A stretch of 61,591 bases of DNA, filler included, from Choristocarpus tenellus KU-1152 (lineage: Eukaryota; Protista; Phaeophyceae): the NCBI GenBank assembly GCA_964200185.2. It is 10 parts of 10 records of this genome, joined end to end, with 100 filler letters (N's around TTAATTAATTAA, not from the genome) between each part and the next. Parts side by side here need not be neighbours in the genome. Positions count along the whole stretch, not along the records: positions 44,805 to 50,108 come from CAXNAD020011215.1; positions 50,209 to 55,792 come from CAXNAD020010347.1; positions 55,893 to 61,591 come from CAXNAD020009971.1; 7 more parts are not named here. One strand, given 5' to 3'. The translations under genes were made by a program, and so were the position numbers. Positions 49,401 to 61,591 of the stretch are shown in pieces. Below the pieces are notes generated by a model. That model saw only the letters and a program-made list of their open reading frames with translations. It did not search any database and was not told where the DNA came from. How positions within the stretch are numbered: position 1 is the stretch's first letter; every line of letters starts with the position of its first letter.

Positions 49401-51574
49401 AGGAGAGTCTCCAAAGTACTCTCCCCCTCTTCTGAACTGCTACTCTGTCGCCCTGACTATGAAACAGGTGTGAACCAGGAGATAGGTTCTGAAGTCTCAA
49501 GGGGAGCAGGAAGCCCCCACAGAAGGAATAGGAAAGGAGAGAGACAAGGAAGAAGGACTGGCGAGCTCAAAAAGTGAGAAGTTACAAGGGAAATGAATCA
49601 GTGGGATTTGGAAGCTCCTGTCAACATCCTGGTGTCATTGGGAAGGATTGGTGACGTCATCAGAGGGAACAGAATATGAGGGTATACCTTACAAAAGAAG
49701 GGCACTTCAAAGGTTTGCCATGGCATGAAAATTGCTGGGGATCACACTAATAAGTGAAAAAAAAATCCTACGTATGTTATATATATAGTATACGCAATAT
49801 AGAGTATGCTACCTTCGTTTTTGAAGAAATCTTTGAAAATTATCACTATTGAAAAAGTATTTGTAGTCTAGATTTTGTTGTGTCAATTTCGTGTGGAAGC
49901 ACCTATGACAAAAGAGAGAGATCTCCAACATATGATAGTTATGAAGGCTTCACAAGGTGTGAAAACCCCTTTATTGTCATTTCGTTTTAGTTTATTTTTA
50001 TCGTTTTTTGGTCTATTTTTGCTCGTTGTACATATATTAGGTACCCCGATTTTGTTCACCCATGGGCATGCCCGAAAAAAGCGGGACAGATTTGATGTGG
50101 TACAATATNNNNNNNNNNNNNNNNNNNNNNNNNNNNNNNNNNNNNNNNNNNNTTAATTAATTAANNNNNNNNNNNNNNNNNNNNNNNNNNNNNNNNNNNN
50201 NNNNNNNNAGGGGGTGCTAACCCACCATCTCCCTCCCTCCACTCTTCCACACAATGCAGATCGTGCATTTTCGTTCACCACATGACCACCGACCTTCAGG
50301 TTTAGTTCCTAAGAGAGAACTGGAAGAAAGTACATGCAAGGACGATCATCGACGACAATGGACAACGGGCTTGCGCATGCACATGCGCATTCTGCGACAA
50401 AGGCAAAGGAAGCGCCTCTAAAAAAGTGGAGGCCGCACTTGAACGTGCTACTGATATGATGGCCTTCTTGCTTTAAGTTTCTGCGCGAAACCACATCCAC
50501 GACGCAGCTAGTGTGTCAGCACGAGGAGCTGGAGCAACAACCAAATAATCAACCCTGTACATATATATACTACATGCTCTCTAACCGTGTCACCCCGTCC
50601 TCTAAAAATGTGGCAGTTACAGCCGGACTTCACTAGTGACGTGTGATCTGATACTCAGACCTCTACACTGACACCAAAAACCACTTTTGGACTAATCGAA
50701 ACGAAGCAGGTGCGAGAGGACCGTGCTGAAGCCCCTCAGCAAACCGTCCTCTGGCGGTTCCTTGGGCAGTTTCTAAAATTCTTTTATCGACGGTACATGT
50801 GACAGGTGTGACTGGAAATCTCACCCGATCTGGAAATGCCCTTGTATGTTGGAATCACACAGCACCCGTGTCACATGGAACAAGTTCGTCCACGCATACA
50901 CCCTGGTGGCGGAGGCTGACCTGGAACGAAAGACTTCCCCGGAGATCAAGGTGTGCCTTATGCAAACGCACAACCAATTACTGGGTTTGATGTTGAACCT
51001 GTCCGGTTCCACCCTCACACAGGGTCCAGGACGGGTACACAGCAACCAATCCTACTAGTCGTGCATATCCCCATGTTAACATCCCGACCACCCACCCATG
51101 CTGCAATAAATCCCTTTTCCCGTATACACTGCTGCTAAGGCGCTGTCCTCTAGACTTAGCATCGCCACCCCCAGCAGGGCCACCAAAGACGACATTATCC
51201 AGATATGATCAAGGCAAAATATGTAGAGCTGAGGACGGATGATCTCGTGACCAACGATTTGATTCTCGCTAAGTGCATGGTGGGAGAGTCTGCCCCCGAC
51301 TTCAGGAGGAACAGAACCGAGGAGAACAATGACAAAGACGCCACGGGTTCTATCGGGTAATAAATACAGTGTACATCGAATGTGTCGCGACGTATTCGTC
51401 AAATAACAGGCAGATACTCCCACCCACACAGCACCGAACATTTGCAACTACACCGCAACAAAGCCTGCATTACCATGACTTAATCACCAGCTCTAACGCT
51501 CAAAGCACAACCACCTGGCCCATTCAATGCAGGTGCTGTTCCCACGAACGGAGGGATTCCCTACCCCCTTGCCC

Positions 51575-52203
51575 ACCTATACACCAAACACGCAATAGAT
51601 ATCGTTGATTCATTATGTCACATCCTTGCTTTCCCTTCTCGTCGACACCACACGATGTGCTGATCGCACATACGCACTTCTCAATCCACTGCAGATCGGT
51701 AGTGCACACTTGTAATCATCGCCCTCTATTTTGGATAAGTCTGCCAATCGGCAAACTCGCGCAAAACTCCAAGTTATTTTTTTCTTTCCCATATCAATGT
51801 CTGCCATGTACCCATTGCTTGTTGCAGGAATAGGTAGCACATATGCTACAGGCATGGTCCCCCCCACTCACAATAATCAGCCTCTGTTCTCCACTGGCGA
51901 TAGACTGCCCCCTCCCGCCCCTTTCTAATCCATACACTAAACATGCAATAGATATCGTTGACTCATTATGTCACATCCGTGCCTTCCCTTCATGTCAACA
52001 CCACGCTCGACATGAAAATCGCACATATACGCACTTCTCAATCAACCGCAGACAATCCATGTACACTTACAACCATCTCGCCCTCTATTTTGGATAAGTC
52101 TGCCAACCGTCAAACTAACCCAAAACTCTAAGTTATTGTTTTCCTCCCCATATTAACATCTGCCATTTACCAAACACTTTTTACAGGAATAGAAAGCACA
52201 TAT
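51575..52203. repeat. Diverged direct duplication of about 270 bp (51575-51845 and 51930-52203)
   Basis: Shared blocks GCAATAGATATCGTTGA, GCCCTCTATTTTGGATAAGTCTGCCAA and CAGGAATAG..AGCACATAT in the same order. Confidence 0.85.
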
Positions 52204-52708
52204 CATCCCAAAGAAAATGCCATAACATCTATTCAGTCACAGGACCCCGCCTTGGTACCAACAGTGACTCCAACATGTACCACCCCTCCCCGTATACGTA
52301 CAATCACCACACCCCTTAGGATTGGACGGATAGGGACAGCAGACCGCACAGTAACACATCTACGAAACTTCTATACATCGACACGTTCAGAACACGGGAG
52401 ATATAGTCCGTCCTTCCGGCTTACAAGATCGACCGCACGGAACGACACGACCCACGTGTCCCAAACCCCGGTGCCATAAAGTCCATGCACAGGTTCTTCA
52501 CTGGTCAGCTCACCACCAGAGACTCCCGTACATTGATATACACCGAGCTGTCGTGCTACTGCACGAACTGTTCAATCGGCAACCTGACCCAGTGCAGGTG
52601 GCAACTAACCCACGTGCCCCCGCTTGAGGAGACAGACCTCGGTTTTTCCACAGAAACAGGAACGGGCGATATGTATCTGAGGAGCCAGCTGTCGAGGAAG
52701 AAGAGACA

Positions 52709-52966
52709 GAGCCAAAGTATCTTAGAGGGTAGGGCCGCGTCCATTTGGGTGCCAAAATCCAATGTTGTGATTTTGATGTAATTTGGCTATCGTGTTTGTT
52801 AGGGAGTTTCAGTATCCTTGTTCTGGACACACCTTTTCGTAATGTACTCATTTTACCTACTCCTAAACATGTTGGAGTAGGAAAATGTCACAATAAAACC
52901 CATCGGAAGCCAAGCTCCAAATGGACAAACAGGGCAAAACCCGTACCCTCTAAGATACTTTCACTC
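52709..52966 (-). mobile_element. MITE family A, best-preserved copy
   Basis: GAGCCAAAGTATCTTAGAGGGTA ... TACCCTCTAAGATACTTTCACTC; ACA on both flanks. Confidence 0.83.
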
Positions 52967-54689
52967 ACAGGTAGTTGGGGGGAACATACGCATTGTGCGG
53001 ATGCAGCCATCGGAGTACAATGGTATAGAGTGGTTACTGCTCACTGTCCACCGCAAGGACACGATTCAATGGAACGCCAGGCACCACTCCAGCTACGGAG
53101 GGATGTTCAGTGCTGGAGATGAGGAGGTCTTTGTCCCTGAAGACTTCGAGGTGCTGAATGCTAGCTTTGTTGATGGAGTTCCAACTATTCGCAGGTCACG
53201 GATGGATAAGGTGAGAAACGCTTCTTATTGTTTCTAAGAACAATGTTCTCCACACGAATGAATCCATGCTGTCGATATACAGATGTTGCATATACCCTGA
53301 TATCCCCTCATATTCAAATAAAATCCTCCCATAACGTCCAAGCCTGACCTACAAACCACAATTGTTCTTAGTGTCATTTTTTTCTTCTACTCTACAACCG
53401 CAATCGTAAACTTTCACATAATATTTTACAAGTTCCATAGGGCTAATAAGCATATCCCAATCCTTCATTTCACTGTCTAAATGTATCCTCTGTCCTAAAT
53501 ACTCTCCATCCCACACAACCAAAACAAACAACACCCATATACAACCAAACAAGGCCATCACGCGCAAACACAGGCCACTAGTCCCACACACCAACACAGC
53601 CCCTGCAACGAACACCTTGGTGGTGATGCAGGACGCACAACCGGGTCCCCGCGTCGTGCCCCTTCAAGCTATGATCATCACGGACTTCACAGGCATCCAC
53701 CACTACCACCTGGACAACACATTCACGATCCTGCCTGATCAATACCAGAGCTTCACCTCAGAATCCAACCGGCAATCGTGGGATACCTGCTCGCTTCTCG
53801 AGGCAACTCAGACTTGGGAACACATCCGACACCAGGTTCGGTTGAGGAACCAGCTTCATCCTATGCGCGAGTGGGGGGTCTATCGTACAGGGGAAGGTCA
53901 ACATTGTTCGTAGGGACGGTTCAGGGGCGTATAATTACTCAGTGTCCTACCTTCCAGACGATTTCAAAAATCTTTGCCCTCTCATCTGAGGTCGTACAAG
54001 ACAGAGGACGAGATCGAGGAGGGTTTCGACCGACTTCGGGAGAAGAACAAGAGGGACAGTGTCGAGGCTGCAGCCCAGCGTGTCAGACAACGCCGCCGGT
54101 CGGTGGTTGGCCACCAGCGGAAGCGTAGGGACATAGAAAGGATACGGAGAAATATATACTCCTTGAACCGACAATGAGGGCTGTGCCGGATTTAGGTGAG
54201 GGAAAAATACTCAATGCTGGTGCCAAGGGCAGAGGACTACACTTCAGATGGGACGATCAGTGGATGCGAGGGACCGTGACCAAGTACCAGCCCCACTTAC
54301 ACGGTGAAAATTGGAGATGAGCGAGTCAGCTACCCCTACGAGGTTAAATGGGAGCCGATAGGAGGTGTGCAAGCTCCTTAAATCACGGCTCAACGAAATG
54401 TAACTCTTCATCTTTATACGGTATTTTGCTGGGGAAATGTGGTCTACAGTCGGGATTTGGTAATCTGGCTAAGGGCAAAGTTTGGGGTGGAACTCTCATT
54501 GAGGGGTCTGGTTAGCATCCTGAAGGACTTGAACTATGTTCGGAGAAGATTTTGAATCAGATCCTACCCCTGACAGAAGAGAGGAAAGCACGTGTTTGCA
54601 GATTCCTGGTTGATGCTCGGGGGCCCCTAAGAAGCTTGCTGTCTGGACGGGGCCACAGGAAGGTCATTGGAGACCCTGGTCGACTTGGA

Positions 54690-55027
54690 GACTGTCCTTG
54701 ATAGGCCACGCTGGTGGAAAGGATTTGTACGAGATTGCGACAAGGGACTACGAGATTCCTGGAACACCCACCACATCGGGAGAGGCAGTGCGAACGGCAC
54801 ATGCCACGCATATCAAGAACAACAAGGCGTTATGGTTCCTCCTTATCCAAGCAACAAAGGGGTCAGCATCAGCCATAGTTGCGAGATACGAGAACGAGGG
54901 TCAACCAGACGGCAGAGGATCCTGAATAGAACTAGAAGGAGTCTATGGAGGACGCGTGGAGGACGAGACCCCCATGCAGGTCATCACTTTGGAGGCGAGA
55001 CTCCAAGAACTACATTGTGCGGCGTCT
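54690..55027 (+). pseudogene. Copia-type gag remnant
   Basis: NKALWFLLIQATKGSASAIVARYENEGQPDGRGS*IELEGVYGG resembles the Copia gag pattern LxxxLxxATxGxAxxIV....DGxxxWxxLExxY, with a stop at the Trp position. Confidence 0.55.
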
Positions 55028-55206
55028 GGCTCAAAGTATCTGGGAGGGGGTGGCAGCTGTCCATTTGGGGCAAGTTTTTTCATGTCGCGATATTTGGGTG
55101 ATTTGGTTCCATACGTTGCATGAATAGTGAAAGTGCACTTTTCCTGGTGTTGGTCAAATGGACACTCTGGTGTAGACCCCCCCCCCCCCCCCAGATACTT
55201 TGGGTC
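55028..55206 (+). mobile_element. MITE family B
   Basis: GGCTCAAAGTATCTGGG ... (C)nAGATACTTTGGGTC; no TSD visible. Confidence 0.8.
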
Positions 55207-55938
55207 AGGAGAAAGTTGCAAAGGGTAAATAATTGTCCAAGTGAGAGATCAGAAAGACTGGGGTGGTATGGTGACCCTAACTGGGATTGTATTGAGAGTG
55301 GATGTAAAATAACAGACCGTGGCAAGCTGGTTGGCCATGCCCAGAGCAAGACATCAAAATACATTAAAACAGAGGACAGGATACTGGAGGGAAACATATT
55401 CAACCTGAAGAATGTTTTGGATGAACTGAAATATATATATGAGTTAGGGAGGCCAACGGATGCTGTAGAGGGGGGAGTAGATGAGATTTTCCAAGAGAAT
55501 TATGAGGTGGAACTCGTGGGGGGAGATGGGAACAACAACAACGTCGAAGCTGATAAATCTCAAGTCTATAATTTAATACTTGAATATATATTCAGAAGAC
55601 GACCCAGCAACATTCGGGGTACTCCAAGTACACAGTTTTCTCTCTAAGATTCTTTTGTTGAATTATTATGCATTGCAAACCAAAACGATTGGAGCCACTA
55701 AAAACACATTCTTTGAGTGTTGCGTAGGTAGTGAGGGATTATTAATGGGTCGCATCCACAAAAAAAATATACTTGCCAGGCCCACAAAGGAGNNNNNNNN
55801 NNNNNNNNNNNNNNNNNNNNNNNNNNNNNNNNNNNNTTAATTAATTAANNNNNNNNNNNNNNNNNNNNNNNNNNNNNNNNNNNNNNNNNNNNGGGAGAAA
55901 AATTAGTGGTTCTTTTTTTTGTCCCGCCACAACACAAA

Positions 55939-55987
55939 CCCCCCCTCCCCCCCCCCCCCCCCCCCCCCCCCCTAGATGCTTTGAGCC
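55939..55987. mobile_element. MITE family B-like terminus
   Basis: (C)nTAGATGCTTTGAGCC near the contig start. Confidence 0.5.
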
Positions 55988-58900
55988 AAATCTACTGCTG
56001 CTTCGTTGTAGGAGTTCATTGTGCACTTTGTGGGACTCATGAACAGGTAGTGTGTGTACAGGACTCGACCGGCAGCCCACAATTGACTCCAAAATGTGGA
56101 GTCAAGGTACGATTATGGAATCATGGACCAGGTAGGGGCAAGTGCGGCTTTGTTCTGGCACTCACTCTATAGCATTAGTGACGGCCATGAAGTCATTTAT
56201 TCGTAAAGGTTTCGAACCTATAGTGTGTGATTCTGTCGTGTTTGTAGATGTTCTCACATACGTCAAAAGTACATCATATGGTACAATCAGATATGTACAT
56301 CTGTGATATTATCATTGTGTGCATTTGGAGGTGAGTCAATTCACCTGCAGAGCTGTGAACAAGAGGGCAGCCTTTTTATTTGTCTTGTTCTGATATGTTA
56401 ATGAATAATTATGATCCGCTAAACAACCTTTCGTTTTTTTAGCGGAAAGGAACAGTAGCTATGTATGCTTCGCTATGCTTCGCTATGCTGTGCTCGGTGC
56501 AATGGATTCACTGTGCTGTTCTCCACTGTGAACTATTAATAGTTCGGAGTACAATACATCAGGTGTTCACAGTTGATAATATATGTCCAAGAGGAAGAGA
56601 ACTGTGTACTAAAGGTTATTTGTACCATTCACCCACCCACCCACCCTCCATCACACGTAAACCATATAACCATCTGATTCATTAACCATGAAAGCCTCCG
56701 TAGAAAGGGTTAGAACAAGTAATTCGTCAAGACGGAGCCAACTAGCCAACTAAATCCAGATATTGATAGGTTCTGTCAAGACCATATTCTAACCCCCTGA
56801 AGTCCCTCCCCCCTCCTGTATATGTGGCGGTACAATCAACCTAGACAAGACTTGAGGGGAAGGGTAGTGATTAAGGCTCACCAATCAGGTGGAAGTTGGT
56901 TGAAGGAGGGTATTTGCAAGGTGTAGGGTAAGGAGAAGATGAAAGAGAGAGGGGAGGTAGATACACAGAGTGGACAAATCGTGAAGAGCCTACCAAAAGC
57001 GATGCTATCCCCACCCCTTCCTCCATATTTTAGTTTAGAGGTGATGACCTCTGCAATAAGGTGACTTTTCCTTGGAGTTAGTTGTTGTTGTTGGTGCGTG
57101 TGGGCGTGCGATCGCGAGGGATTTTGTGATTAGGCATTGGAAGTCCTCCCCTTCCACACAAACACGGTTCTTCGTTGACAAGGTTTAGCTTCTTTTTTGT
57201 ACAGATGAGGAGAACATTTTTTTTTCCTGTTTTTTAATGAAAGTAATCCACTATGAATTGTTGCTTCACATGCGTTTTTTTCTTTTCATTAATTTGGAGA
57301 AAGAGGTGGATCTATCTGTTGCCAGTTACCTGCGTACTATATGATAGTGTAGTAGTGAGTTAAATGCGTGTAGATGAAGAGGGGTATTTAAATAATTATA
57401 CACAAAAAATTATGAAATTGGGACCACTTCTGCGTTCGATGTTGGTACTACTCAACAACAGCATATCTATACCTGATTTGTGATGTACCAGTCACTTCAA
57501 GAACTCGGTTGTCCACCATGTGCTTGTTAAACTGTTTCAAAAAGTAAGAAAAAGAATGAGACCCTGATTCCCTTTCCCATTTTCAAGTTATTCGACTCAA
57601 CAGTCGTCCCAAAAAAGACTTGAGTTCCCCCTACTTTTCGTTTTGTCCGACTGTCCGACTCACCCCTGAGGGTGGAAGGCGTTCTTTACAAGTGCTGAGT
57701 GATAATGTAGAGACGACCACCTTCTACTCCTCAAGATAAACACCAGTGAATTAGCCCTAACAATAATTGTGTGGCGAAGTGGTGCGTTTTATGAGCGAAT
57801 TTTATTTACGCTCAAGTGTATCTCCCCTTGAAAAAAATGCGACTGTCCCTGGTTGACTGACTGGTTGGCTAACTGGCTGGCTATTTGACTGGTGTCAACC
57901 TTGGATGTGTACGTGGTGTGTACTTTGATGACTCTGCCCTGTCAACTTATAAACAATATGGTACTTCACTTTTTGAAAACATCATATGATGCATTTGACA
58001 GGTCTTTTTTTGTTGTTGTAAAAACTGAGGAGTTGACTGTCTCTCGCGAATGCGTACTTATCTTTTGCGCACACTTTTTTCTGATGGCAGTTACACCTAT
58101 TTTGTCAACAACAGCTTACCATGCACATTCTGTTGTGTTGACTGCTGAGAAATAAAGGACCTGCCGTTGAGTGCTGTCCTCTCTTACCACTTACACGCCC
58201 ATGCAAGGAGAGCGATGCAAGTGTTGAATGTGCTCCGATACAAGCTGTGTATGTAGAGTGTAGTAGACTCTATGCATAGGGACTCCAACGAACTTATTTA
58301 GTTGCAATCTTTTTTTAATTGCTCCACTCAGCTGCCGCACTGCCTTGTGTGTGTGCTCTTTCTTCCAAGAAACAAATTACCTCTGAAATATTGTGCTGTA
58401 CACTATTATGTGTACAATACATGAAAGTAGGGACACAATATTTGTTACACTCTAGTATAATATGTACCTGTACACCAAATAATGCATTCTAAGTGTGCTC
58501 ACTCGCAACACAATACCAACAAATAATAATGTTCTGGATAGTTCGAGGTGCGTGTATGTGTACTTGTATTTGGGGGACCGCACAGTTGTTGCTAGGCTTT
58601 TGTTTCACCAGAGCCTCCTTTTGATTTCATTTTCGAAATGAGTCAAACCAACTGAGAGGTAGGCCGGGTTGCAGTTCAAGGATCCTGAAAAAGGGAAAAA
58701 ATATGCCATTTGTTACAAATACAGAAAGAGATTTTGCTGCTCGTAGTGTCACTTTGTGTGTGTGGAAAGGTGGATATCAATATTGTGTACACTATTGTGC
58801 AAATAAAGTAATGAAGTAGAGGGTACTCCACAGAATAAGCCAGAATACAAAAGGGTCCAAACCTACCTACATCTCAATTGGTTCCTGGCTTAAACGATGC

Positions 58901-59252
58901 TCATACCTTATTCTTCAGATGTACATCTCTACATCCCATTTGTGTGTTGGACATCTCTCTCTCTCTCTCTCTCTCGCCCCCTTTCGCTTTCTCAATTATG
59001 TACTACCACATCTACACATACACATGGAGATTGTGTTTGAGATGGGTAGGGTTACCATCATTGCCAACTTCAACATTCTGGATGCGTTTTTTACAAGTTC
59101 ATTATAGTTAGAATTAGGGTCTCTTCTTCCCATATCGATCAATCACTACAAGCACCTGCCAAGACCTAACGAGATATCACCATGGCACCCTACTGCTTGC
59201 TCCATGCATATTTTCTCGTATTATTTAAGATACTGCCTCCAAATATAATAAT

Positions 59253-61256
59253 CTATCTATCCCACGGCAGTGAAACATTTTCCCACTCGTATACAGGAGG
59301 AGGAATAACACCTACTGCCTCCCCTGCAGCCTCCGCCATGTTTACTCTCATACCGCCTTCCAAGTGTGACTCACCGACCCCAGCCTCTACCTGCACCACA
59401 CCTTCACCATGACCTGCTGGTATTGAACCTGGTGAAGTTGCTATTACATATCCCCTAGTACTACGACTGCCTTCAATTTTTTTCGTAGTGCTGCTACCAG
59501 AATCCCCAGCTTGTGCACTGCCACAGGTGGTGCTGAGACATCCCACTTCCCCCCCTCCCGTATGGATACCCTTCCCTACAGCACCTTCCCCATCTGTCAA
59601 ACTTGGCAAAGCGATCTCCTTAGCAGCTGAGGTATTATCACCCCCTCTAGAGGTGCAGCTTGGGCTTGATAAGGCTGCGACCTTGCTCAAACAACCCTGG
59701 ATTGATACGCTTTCTATAAGGCTCTCTAGGTCCTGTTGTGAATAGTAGTTGCGTTGCTTATTTTGCACTGTTTCAGAGCACCCCACCCTATCCCTATCCC
59801 TATCACCCTCCAAACTTTCGTCTGCAACAGCAGCAGATGGTCGGTCAGGAGCCGGCAGGAAATCATGAGGTGGGTGTTGTCGCAAAGATCTACCGTGCAT
59901 TTGAGACATCTTTACTGATCCTACTTTCCCAGACTCAGTGTCATCATTATCATCATCAACAACATCAGCAGAAGAGGAGATGCAGTCTTTGTTGTTCCTG
60001 TCCACAGGTTTCCAGTTGCATCCTTCCTCGGTCCAACCCCTGTCCTTGCTCTTCCTATTCCGCCAGCCTTTCCTTCCCATCCCTTTACAAATGCCGCGCT
60101 GGACACTATTTGAGTCGCTACAGATGGTGGATACTTGAATGTCTTTTTCTGACAAAAGCTCTACACCCTTCTTCTCTTCACTATCTGTTCCCGTTGACCA
60201 ATCACCAGATCCCCCTTCATTCTGGATCACTGGTGATGGATTTCCCTTGAGCCACTGGGCGAGAGGTAACCTGGACGAAGACTGCACATCACCGTCCACC
60301 TGGGTGGAAGCAGCAACATAAGGCGAGATTGGCCGTTCTACTTGTCCCTCTTTCCTTGCTCCTTCCCGGCTATGCCGATGATAACCCATTGTAGGTAGGA
60401 CGAGCATGTTGGCATCTTGGATAGATCCAGAACACACAACACTGCGGGCTCTGTCACAGTGGCTGTTGAGCAAAGGGACGTGCTTGGGGATGGTAGTGTT
60501 GGCACTGTACTTGATTCTGGTGGATGAGGCGCTGCCACCACCATCATCCTTATCAGAATTTGCAGGTTTGCGAGTGAGACTTTGCTAAATGATGAGAGGG
60601 GAAGGGGCAGGGAAAAGGAGAGAGGATGATGTCAACCATTTCTTGTATAGAATATCAAAGCAAACATCGTATAATAGCATTATCGAGTAACTTAGTAGGT
60701 TATGGGTGGGACATAACTCTGCTTCGATACGTTCATTGCTGCTGTCATGGATGAAGCATCAGAATAATGGGGTACTATGCAGTAGTGTGTTATTTGAAGG
60801 GAGGGTGGGCATTCCTGCTCCAAATCACGAACATCAAAACTCAGGATCGGCAGTTAGGCATTAAAATGTACAAATATCACCTGTGTCATTGTAGGGTCCA
60901 TCGGGAAAATATACACTATACTTAATTCACCTGTAACAAGAAAACAAAGGATCATACCCTGTTCCTTTACACCATTTTTGTCCCTCCTCCACTGACAACA
61001 TCAATCATATTCATTTACCCCATGCATACACTAGTGTAAGGTCTTCAGTCTGGGTGCGACAAACATATAGGGCAATAATCTAAGTAGAGCATCAAAAGTT
61101 GTATGTAGGTAGGATCAGGGAAGAACTTCAAAGGGTACCACACAAAATAGTGCACACCTCGCCCTGCTCTTTTGTCCTTGCCAGCCACCATCGCCAGTTG
61201 TCCATGGTAGCGTGATAGCAGATTGCACAGACTTTCACCATGTCATACAAACGAAC
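59253..61256 (-). CDS. Unknown protein, last two exons: CxxC-containing exon plus a long disordered tail of about 443 aa
   Basis: Exon 61158-61256 (VRLYDMVKVCAICYHATMDNWRWWLARTKEQGE) joins in phase 0 to exon 59253-60584, an open frame rich in S/G/D/E ending EWENVSLPWDR*. Confidence 0.65.
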
Positions 61257-61523
61257 CTTACAGACCACAAGTGGGTCGGAGAAGTAACGGAAGAACTTTG
61301 TTGTGCTGTGTGTACTGTTTGCGTACTTTGTATCATAATCATGCAAACGAACTGAGTCTCTGTGTGTGGGGGAAGTCGGATGTGCCTTTGCAACTGTCAG
61401 GTAGTGTGCCTCACAAGAATCTGGGATGGTGTTGCGTTTGAGGTTAGGGCCAGGGCTACCTACAAGCACAGAAGATATAATGTTGGTGTAATTTTGAGTG
61501 TTGAAATCGGGTTAGAGTGATGC

Positions 61524-61591
61524 GACCCAAAGTATCTGGGAGGGGGGGGGGGGGTCTACACCAGGGGGTCCATTTGGACCAAAATCAGGAA
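61524..61591 (-). mobile_element. MITE family B, cut by the window end
   Basis: GACCCAAAGTATCTGGGA(G)nTCTACACCAGGGGGTCCATTTGGACC. Confidence 0.78.

Larger units (their letters stand above)
50300..54400 (+). pseudogene. Patchy degenerate coding remnants, possibly a decayed intron-containing DNA transposon
   Basis: Coding-like pieces with stops and frameshifts, e.g. KSMHRFFTGQLTTRDSRTLIYTELSCYCTNCSIGNLTQC (52485-52600) and GRGLHFRWDDQWMRGTVTKY (about 54225-54290). No catalytic triad could be read. Confidence 0.3.

Noticed and set aside
46900-49600. Possible degenerate retroelement or gene
   Set aside because: No diagnostic motif was readable on either strand.
1-61591. A functional gene cluster spanning the window (e.g. 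PGRL1 + SBNO + XPA)
   Set aside because: The genes are on different contigs joined artificially, so adjacency across linkers carries no information.

Overview
This is eukaryotic, intron-rich nuclear DNA and not one contiguous locus. It consists of 10 separate contigs joined by nine artificial 100-bp linkers (N44-TTAATTAATTAA-N44), so gene neighbourhood only means something within a contig: 1-8988, 9089-14745, 14846-18094, 18195-23451, 23552-29859, 29960-39630, 39731-44704, 44805-50108, 50209-55792 and 55893-61591. A diatom/brown-algal-type PGRL1, short exons in long introns and intronic TTAGGG tracts point to a photosynthetic stramenopile, probably a brown alga or close relative (inference). 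Most ORFs in the six-frame track are spurious, so genes were rebuilt by hand from phase-compatible GT-AG exons. Genes found: the 3' end of a DOT1-like class I SAM methyltransferase, the 3' part of PGRL1, internal exons of strawberry notch (SBNO), a two-EF-hand protein, XPA, a complete Tudor-like/TPR protein, and weaker models for a PH-like protein and two unknowns. Two tRNA-Met(CAT) copies sit inverted in SBNO introns. Mobile DNA includes a Copia 3' end with LTR inserted into a mariner transposase remnant, a Copia gag remnant, an RTE-like LINE remnant, and 12 copies of two related MITE families. The most interesting signals are a 51-bp minisatellite made from an SBNO exon-intron junction that creates an array of in-frame 5' splice sites, the inverted tRNA pair around an in-frame SBNO exon, the Tudor-in-TPR protein, and the MITE clan. 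Family assignments rest on motif recognition from memory; no database search was run.
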